From an uncultured Actinomycetes bacterium (GTDB taxonomy: Bacteria > Actinomycetota > Thermoleophilia > UBA2241): DNA of 64,000 nt. The notes under the pieces are model-generated. The model worked only from the letters and a program-made list of their open reading frames with translations. It searched no databases and had not been told where the DNA came from. Shown here one piece after another: positions 58,156-64,000 of this stretch (the stretch's first letter is position 1; each line of letters begins with the position of its first letter). The translations under genes were made by a program, and so were the position numbers. Location: contig CAVRZA010000011.1 in the NCBI GenBank assembly GCA_963725665.1, forward strand, positions 448,001 to 512,000. The letters are read 5' to 3'.

Positions 58156-59037
58156 GTGGCCGGCACAGTGACGCTCGCGGCGACTCAGATGGCGTGTGGC
58201 TGGGAGCTTCCCGAGAACCTGGATCGTGCGGAGGGTCTGGTACGCCGGGCTGCGTCGCTCGGCGCACAGGTGGTGCTCCTCCAGGAGCTGTTTGAGACGC
58301 CCTACTTCCCGATCGGCCAGGACGCGCGGCACTTCGACCTTGCCCGTCCCTTCGCGGGCCACCCGACGGTCGAGCGCTTCAGGGCGCTGGCCGCCGAGCT
58401 CGGCGTGGTGCTGCCGGTGAGCTTCTTCGAGCGCGCGAACAACGCCTTCTTCAACGCTGTGGCTCTGGTCGACGCCGACGGCTCCGTGCTGGGCGTCTAC
58501 CGCAAGACGCACATCCCGCAGGCGCCCGGCTATCACGAGAAGTACTACTTCAGCCCCGGAGACACGGGGCCCACGGTCTGGAAGACGCGCTTCGGCCCGT
58601 TGGGCGTCGGCATCTGCTGGGACCAGTGGTTTCCCGAGAGCGCGCGCTGCATGGCGCTCATGGGGGCCGAGGTCCTGCTCTACCCGACGGCGATCGGCTC
58701 CGATCCTCCGGCCACCGACGGCCGATCTCGCGACGCCTGGCAGCGGGTGCAGCAGGGCCACGCCGCGGCCGACTTCATGCCCCTGGTGGCGTCGAACAGG
58801 ATCGGCATTGAGAGCGGCGGAGGCGCGAGCATCCGTTTCTACGGGTCCTCGTTCATCGCCGACCATACGGGCGCCGTGGTCGCTCAGGCGTCGGAGGACA
58901 CCGAGGAGGTCGTGACGGCCACCTTCGATCTCGACGCAGTGCGGTCCTACCGCGAACGCTGGTCCGTCTTCAGGGACCGCCGCCCCGAGCTCTACCACAC
59001 CCTTCTGACGCTGGGGGGAGAGACGGCCTCGACCTAG
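58156..59037 (+). CDS. aguB: N-carbamoylputrescine amidase
   Basis: Nitrilase triad motifs QELF, YRKTHIP and ICWDQWFPE, plus YPTAIGS and DRRPELY. Confidence 0.92.
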   Translation: MAGTVTLAATQMACGWELPENLDRAEGLVRRAASLGAQVVLLQELFETPYFPIGQDARHFDLARPFAGHPTVERFRALAAELGVVLPVSFFERANNAFFNAVALVDADGSVLGVYRKTHIPQAPGYHEKYYFSPGDTGPTVWKTRFGPLGVGICWDQWFPESARCMALMGAEVLLYPTAIGSDPPATDGRSRDAWQRVQQGHAAADFMPLVASNRIGIESGGGASIRFYGSSFIADHTGAVVAQASEDTEEVVTATFDLDAVRSYRERWSVFRDRRPELYHTLLTLGGETAST

Positions 59038-59110
59038 GTGCCCATGCGGGCGGCTGAAGGCGTGCCCGGGCAACGCGCCCGTCGTGTGCGGATGGCCGGC
59101 GAGAGTGGTT

Positions 59111-60013
59111 TCAGCTCAGCGTCTCGTACTGCTCGCCGAGGTACTCGAGGAAGGCCTGGACGGCCTTCGAGACGACCCTGGTGCGCGAATGCACGAAGTA
59201 GAAGTCGCGCTCGACGCGGAAGTCGTCGATGCGCACGACCGTCAGCGTCCCCTGCTCGACCTCGGTGCGCACGGCGAACTTGCTCAGGTAGCTCACGCCG
59301 GCTCCGGCCATCACAGCGTGCTTGGCCGACTCGTTGAGGCCCATCTCGAGGACGATGTTGAGGTCGCGCTCGGTGATGGAGCGCCGTTTGAGGTGCTCCT
59401 CCATCACCGAGCGTATGCCGGCTCCGCGCTGCTGCACGATGAGCGGCTCCTTGCGGAACTCCGCGAAGCTCACGTGCTCGCGCTTCGCCCAAGGGTGGTC
59501 GGGCGCGCAGATGATGACGATCTCGTCGCGGGCGAACGGGCGCACGGCGAGCTCTTTGCGATGCGAAAGAGCGCCGACGACCCCGACCTCGAGCTCTCGC
59601 GCTATGACCTCCTCGATGACGTCGTGCGTGTCCGTCACGCGCAGCGACACGCCGACCGCCGGGTGGCGCTCCTTGAAGCGCGTGATGAGCGCCGGCAGGA
59701 TGTGCTCGCCGGGTCCCGTCGAGGCGCCCACGCTGACGTGCCCGGCCATGAGGTCACCGAGGTTGGCGATCTCGACGCGCGCTTGGCCGACGAGGTCGAG
59801 GATGACCTTGGCGTGGTCGTAGAGCACCTTGCCCGCGTCGGTCGGCACGACGTCGCGACGGGAGCGATCGAGGAGCGTCGTCTGCAGGTCGCGCTCGAGC
59901 CCGCGGACCTGGAAGCTCGCCGCCGGCTGGGTGATGTCCATCTCCTCGGCGGCGAGGGAGAAGCTGCGCCGGTCCACGATACGGCAGAAAAGCTTGAGCT
60001 GACGCAGGTCCAT
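59111..60013 (-). CDS. LysR-family regulator (CysL/selenium-associated-like)
   Basis: MDLRQL...SFSLAA...ITQPAAS HTH, GASTGPGEHILP and GAGIR motifs. Confidence 0.9.
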   Translation of the reverse strand: MDLRQLKLFCRIVDRRSFSLAAEEMDITQPAASFQVRGLERDLQTTLLDRSRRDVVPTDAGKVLYDHAKVILDLVGQARVEIANLGDLMAGHVSVGASTGPGEHILPALITRFKERHPAVGVSLRVTDTHDVIEEVIARELEVGVVGALSHRKELAVRPFARDEIVIICAPDHPWAKREHVSFAEFRKEPLIVQQRGAGIRSVMEEHLKRRSITERDLNIVLEMGLNESAKHAVMAGAGVSYLSKFAVRTEVEQGTLTVVRIDDFRVERDFYFVHSRTRVVSKAVQAFLEYLGEQYETLS

Positions 60014-60056
60014 AAGCGGAGCTTATCAGAGAGATGAAGGCGTGAGCGCGGCGCCG

Positions 60057-60647
60057 CTACAGGTCGGCGGCCAGCTTGTCGAGCCGCGCCTGCGCCTCTT
60101 CTTTGACGTCGCGGTAGATGCTGGCGCCGTGGCAGTCCATGGCGACGACGAGAGGGCCGAAGTCCTTGACGCGGAACTTCCACAGGCACTCCGGCATGAG
60201 GTCCTCCCAGTAGACCTCTTCGATCTCCTCGATCTGCGTCGTCTCGAGGGCGGCGGCGCCGCCGGTGACGGCGAGGTAGCAGCCGCCGAACTCGCGCAGC
60301 ACGGGGATCGAGTCGGGCAGCAGCCCCGCTTTGCCGATGATGGCGCGCACCCCGTAGTCACGCATGAGGCCCCGGGTGAAGCGGTCCATGCGCGTGCTCG
60401 TCGTAGTACCGATGCTGACCTTCTCGTAGCGGCCATCGGCGAGCTGGCGCACGCCGGGCGCCGTGTGGAGGAGCGCCGCCCCGGTCAGGTCCAGGGGCGG
60501 CTCGACTCCCTCGTCGAAGATGCGGATCTGGGTGGCGTCGCGAATGCCGATGATGTGCCCGTCGAGGCGCAGCTTCTGGCCGACACGCAGCTCACGCAGC
60601 GCGTCGAGATCGTCGAGCGGGAAGCGGACTCTCGTCTCCTCGGCCAC
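60057..60647 (-). CDS. Fe-S hydro-lyase (fumarate/tartrate type) beta subunit
   Basis: LRVG, RDA, GTTTSTRM, IIGKAG, GGAA and GPLVVAMD.HG motifs. Confidence 0.9.
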   Translation of the reverse strand: MAEETRVRFPLDDLDALRELRVGQKLRLDGHIIGIRDATQIRIFDEGVEPPLDLTGAALLHTAPGVRQLADGRYEKVSIGTTTSTRMDRFTRGLMRDYGVRAIIGKAGLLPDSIPVLREFGGCYLAVTGGAAALETTQIEEIEEVYWEDLMPECLWKFRVKDFGPLVVAMDCHGASIYRDVKEEAQARLDKLAADL

Positions 60648-60656
60648 GGCGAGCTC

Positions 60657-61544
60657 CTAGAAACCCACGTCGAGCGCGCCGTCGGCGCGCACCCAGGCGC
60701 TCATGCGCCGAGCGGCCCAGCACTGAAAATTGACGGCCACCGGGTTCTGCGTGATGTGCGTGTGGGCGTTCTCGATGTTCACGGCAAGCACGGTGTTGTC
60801 GCCGCCCAGGCCCATCGGCCCGATGCCGAGTTGGTTGGCTGCCTCGAAGAGCTCGACCTCGAGCTCGTGGATGGCCGGGTCGGGGTTGGGCACGTCGATG
60901 GGGCGGAAGATGGCCTTCTTGGCGAGGGTGGTGACGAGGTCGCTAGTGCCGCCCAGGCCGACCCCCATGATGGTCGGCGGGCACGGGTTGGCGCCGGCGT
61001 CGACGACGCACTGCAGCACGAACTCTTTGACCGCCTTCACGCCCTGCGCCGGGGTCAGCATCCTCATGAAGCTCTGGTTCTCGGAGCCCGAGCCTTTGGG
61101 GACGATCGTGATCTTGAGCCCGTCGCCGGGCACGAAGTCGTAGTGCATCACAGGCAGGTGTGCTCCGGTGTTGGTCCCCGTGTGCTCGCGCGTGATCGTG
61201 TGCACGGAGTTGCTGCGCAGCGGGTGCTCTTTGGTCGCTCGCTCGGTGCCGGTGCGGATCGCGCGCGTGACCAGCGCCAGGTTCAGCGGGCAGTCCTCTC
61301 CGACCTCGAGCCAGTACACGACGGTGCCGGTATCCTGGCAGACGAGCATGTCGTGCTCGCCGGCGACGCCGATGTTCTTGAGGATGATGTCGAGGACCTC
61401 TTGCCCGTTGGGGTGGGTCTCGCGTCGGCGCGCGCGCTCGAGGGCGGCGGTCACGTCGGGCGGGATCGTCTTGAGCGAGTCGATGTAGAGGCGCTTGGCG
61501 GCCTCCTCGATGGCGCTGTAGACGTCGCTCTGAAGCTCTCGCAC
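60657..61544 (-). CDS. Fe-S hydro-lyase (fumarate/tartrate type) alpha subunit
   Basis: CQDTG, KGSGSEN, NPCPP, GIGPMGLGG and QCWAAR motifs. Confidence 0.92.
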   Translation of the reverse strand: MRELQSDVYSAIEEAAKRLYIDSLKTIPPDVTAALERARRRETHPNGQEVLDIILKNIGVAGEHDMLVCQDTGTVVYWLEVGEDCPLNLALVTRAIRTGTERATKEHPLRSNSVHTITREHTGTNTGAHLPVMHYDFVPGDGLKITIVPKGSGSENQSFMRMLTPAQGVKAVKEFVLQCVVDAGANPCPPTIMGVGLGGTSDLVTTLAKKAIFRPIDVPNPDPAIHELEVELFEAANQLGIGPMGLGGDNTVLAVNIENAHTHITQNPVAVNFQCWAARRMSAWVRADGALDVGF

Positions 61545-61599
61545 CGGGGTCCTTCCTGCGGGCGTCAACGCGATACCTTACCCCGGCCGCGGGGCGGAG

Positions 61600-63210
61600 T
61601 CACGCCGGTGTGCGTGCCGCCGTTTCCTCGCTCGGCGAAGGGGTCGAAGAGGGCGCGACGGCTGCCGGCTGTTCCTCCGGCTCCTCGTCGGAGCGCCGCC
61701 CCACCACGTAGGTGAGGGCCATCGACATGGCCATGATCGTCCAGAGGTACGGGTCCTCGAAGAAGGCGGCGTAGAAGAGGCTGTGCACGGTGATCGCCAG
61801 GACGACGGCCATGAACCCCGCTTGCAGGAGGCGCAGGCGACGGTCTTCGTTGAGCGCCGCGGACCGCATGGCCGTGGCGAAGTAGACGGCGAGGAGGGCG
61901 ATGTAGGCGGCGATGCCGACTAGGCCCTCCTCGGCAAGCACCGTCACCGGGGTCGTGTGGTTCTCGCTGAGGGCGGTGCCGGCCCGGCGCAGGCGGTAGT
62001 CGGGGTAGGCGAGCGGGAAGCCGCCGAGGCCCACACCGCCGAGGGGGTAGTCTCTGAACATGCGCCAGCCGGCGTCGATGAGGTAGACGCGCCCCCCGGT
62101 GAGCTTGTTCCAGCCGTACGTGGTGCCGATCAGGGCCTCGAGCCTGCGGTAGTGGCGCGCGCGTTCGAGGGCGTAGAGGCCGCCGGCGACCAGCAGCACC
62201 GTGGCCAGCACGGCAATCGTCCCCCTCTTTCTGCCCAGCCACAGCCACTCGAACAAGATCGCGGCGGCGCCGAGGGCGACCCAGCTCGAGCGCGAGAAAG
62301 TGACGAAGAGGGCGGCGGCGGCGAGGGTGGCCACCGCCAGTAGCGCCGCTCGCCGCCGCCGCTCGAGCGGCAACAGGGCCGAGACCAGCGCGAGCACGAT
62401 CACGGCGACGAGGAACCGTCCGAACATGTTCGGATCCCAAAACAGAGCGTTGACGCGGAAGGAGTGCTCGAGCTGGTACTCGTGCAGGATCGTGGCCCGG
62501 TCGAAGAACACGGTACGCGTGGCGTACTGGATCAGGCCCAGCAGCGCGAGCACGCCGCCCCAGCCGATGATCACGACGACGACCCTCTTCAAGTCGGCCA
62601 GCGAGCGCACGTAGCGGTAGACGAGGTAGTAGACGACGGCGAACGGCAGGAAGAAGGCCAGCATCTCGACCAGCGCGGCGGCGTAGGCGGTCGCGTGGGG
62701 CGCGTACGAGAGGCCGGTCCACATTGCGGTGACGCCCGCCACCGCGGTGACGACGGCGAGAGCGATACGCGCCGGGTCGCGCGCGAACCAGGCGTAGAGG
62801 TGCAGCCGGTCGCGGACGACGACCTCGGCGATGGCCACGCTCAGCGTGAGGATGTAGAGCGGCACGAGCAGGTACGAAGGCGAGCCTCCCGTCGGTACGG
62901 GGATCCGCAGCGGCATGACGATGACCATCGCCGGGATGGAGAGGAGCGGGTAGCGCCAGACGAGCCACGTCACGGCGGCGAGTAGCGCCAGGCCGACGAG
63001 GCCGCCACCGGCGAGAAGCGTGACGTGGCTCGCGAAACCGCCGTGGCTCTTGCTGACGACCGGCAGGGCGGAGGCGACGAGGAGGGCGAACAAGCCCAGC
63101 ATGGCGGCGAACAGCCACGCCCTCCAACGGCGTACGCCGCAGAAGAGCGGCAGGAACGTGGCAAGGAGACCGAGCAGACTGATCTTGGCGAGAAGCAGCG
63201 AGCCCGGCAT
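61600..63210 (-). CDS. O-antigen ligase family membrane protein
   Basis: Multi-TM with DPN, TFSRSSW, GVGLGGF and HTTPVTVLAEEG motifs. Confidence 0.82.
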   Translation of the reverse strand: MPGSLLLAKISLLGLLATFLPLFCGVRRWRAWLFAAMLGLFALLVASALPVVSKSHGGFASHVTLLAGGGLVGLALLAAVTWLVWRYPLLSIPAMVIVMPLRIPVPTGGSPSYLLVPLYILTLSVAIAEVVVRDRLHLYAWFARDPARIALAVVTAVAGVTAMWTGLSYAPHATAYAAALVEMLAFFLPFAVVYYLVYRYVRSLADLKRVVVVIIGWGGVLALLGLIQYATRTVFFDRATILHEYQLEHSFRVNALFWDPNMFGRFLVAVIVLALVSALLPLERRRRAALLAVATLAAAALFVTFSRSSWVALGAAAILFEWLWLGRKRGTIAVLATVLLVAGGLYALERARHYRRLEALIGTTYGWNKLTGGRVYLIDAGWRMFRDYPLGGVGLGGFPLAYPDYRLRRAGTALSENHTTPVTVLAEEGLVGIAAYIALLAVYFATAMRSAALNEDRRLRLLQAGFMAVVLAITVHSLFYAAFFEDPYLWTIMAMSMALTYVVGRRSDEEPEEQPAAVAPSSTPSPSEETAARTPA

Positions 63211-63216
63211 CGACGC

Positions 63217-64000
63217 CTAGCGCGAGGCGGCGGGACTGTCCGGCGAGGCCGATCCGGCGGCGTCTCCGGGTGTGCTGGCTCCGGCAACTTGTGCGACCCC
63301 GGGCATGACCGCGGTGGTGCGCGACAGAGGCGGCGCCGGCGCGACGAGGCCCTGGGCGATCCGGCGGGCCTGGTCGATGGCGCCGCCGCGCAGCGCGCCA
63401 CGCAGGCGGTCCAGCTCGCGCTCGAGCTGGTCGAGGGCCAACGGTGTCCGCATGGCGCGCGTGATCTTGGGGTGGACGGTGACGCCCACCTCCTCGCCGT
63501 CGTTGAACAGCTTCTCGTGCAGCTTCTCGCCGGAGCGCAGACCGACGATCTGGATCTCGATGTCGCGGTCCGGCTCGAAGCCCGAGAGGCGGATCATCTC
63601 GCGCGCGAGATCGACGATGCGCATGGGTTCGCCCATGTCGAGGACGAAGATCTCGCCTCCGCGGCCCAGGGCGCCGGCCTGGAGCACGAGCCGCGCGGCC
63701 TCAGGGATGGTCATGAAGAAGCGCGTCATGCGCTCGTCGGTCACCGTCACCGGTCCCCCGGCGGCGATCTGTCGCTTGAAGATCGGCACGACGCTGCCGC
63801 TGGAGCCGAGCACGTTGCCGAAGCGCACGCTCATGAACTTCGTCTGCCGGTTGCAGCTGGCCACGCTCTCGATGATGCGTTCGCCGAGAGCTTTGGAGAG
63901 TCCCATGACGGTGCTGGCCTCGACGGCCTTGTCCGTGGAGATGTTCACGAAGCGCTGCACCCCGTGCGCCGCCGCGGCACGGGCGAGCGTGTAAGTGGCG
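63217..64000 (-). CDS. CapD/PglF-type nucleotide-sugar 4,6-dehydratase, C-terminal part (5' end outside the window)
   Basis: ISTDKAV, VMGLSK, VRFGNVLGSSGSV, TRFFMTIPEA, LDMGEP and GEKLHE motifs. Confidence 0.92.
   Translation of the reverse strand, partial: ATYTLARAAAAHGVQRFVNISTDKAVEASTVMGLSKALGERIIESVASCNRQTKFMSVRFGNVLGSSGSVVPIFKRQIAAGGPVTVTDERMTRFFMTIPEAARLVLQAGALGRGGEIFVLDMGEPMRIVDLAREMIRLSGFEPDRDIEIQIVGLRSGEKLHEKLFNDGEEVGVTVHPKITRAMRTPLALDQLERELDRLRGALRGGAIDQARRIAQGLVAPAPPLSRTTAVMPGVAQVAGASTPGDAAGSASPDSPAASR

Overview
Very GC-rich bacterial DNA. Gene content and promoter style suggest an Actinomycetota genome, possibly Thermoleophilia (inference). It is probably a long-read assembly, because about a dozen genes carry single-base frameshifts. 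From left to right: an acidic Ala/Glu/Val repeat protein, an M28 peptidase, an OmpR/histidine kinase pair coupled to a ureohydrolase, then the standout feature at about 6.4-9.85 kb. This is a minus-strand integron-type cassette array (candidate Pc promoter, candidate attI, three attC sites, three single-gene cassettes and an inverted AbrB/Doc toxin-antitoxin module split by an IS21 remnant), with no integrase in the window. Next come trpB2 with a candidate Trp leader peptide, a REC-GGDEF-EAL protein and an agmatinase. These are followed by a ~20 kb Wzx/Wzy polysaccharide locus with tailoring enzymes and a dlt-like acyl-transfer operon (flavoprotein, ACP, DltX-like peptide, adenylating enzyme, MBOAT, DltD/SGNH-like) converging on a comA/Fe-S/phosphatase operon. 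A ~16 kb guanidino/polyamine catabolic region holds five agmatine-deiminase paralogs, a Dpp-type ABC transporter, an atypical carbamoyltransferase and aguB. The window ends with LysR, a split Fe-S hydro-lyase, an O-antigen ligase and a partial CapD-like gene. No rRNA, tRNA or CRISPR array was recognised.
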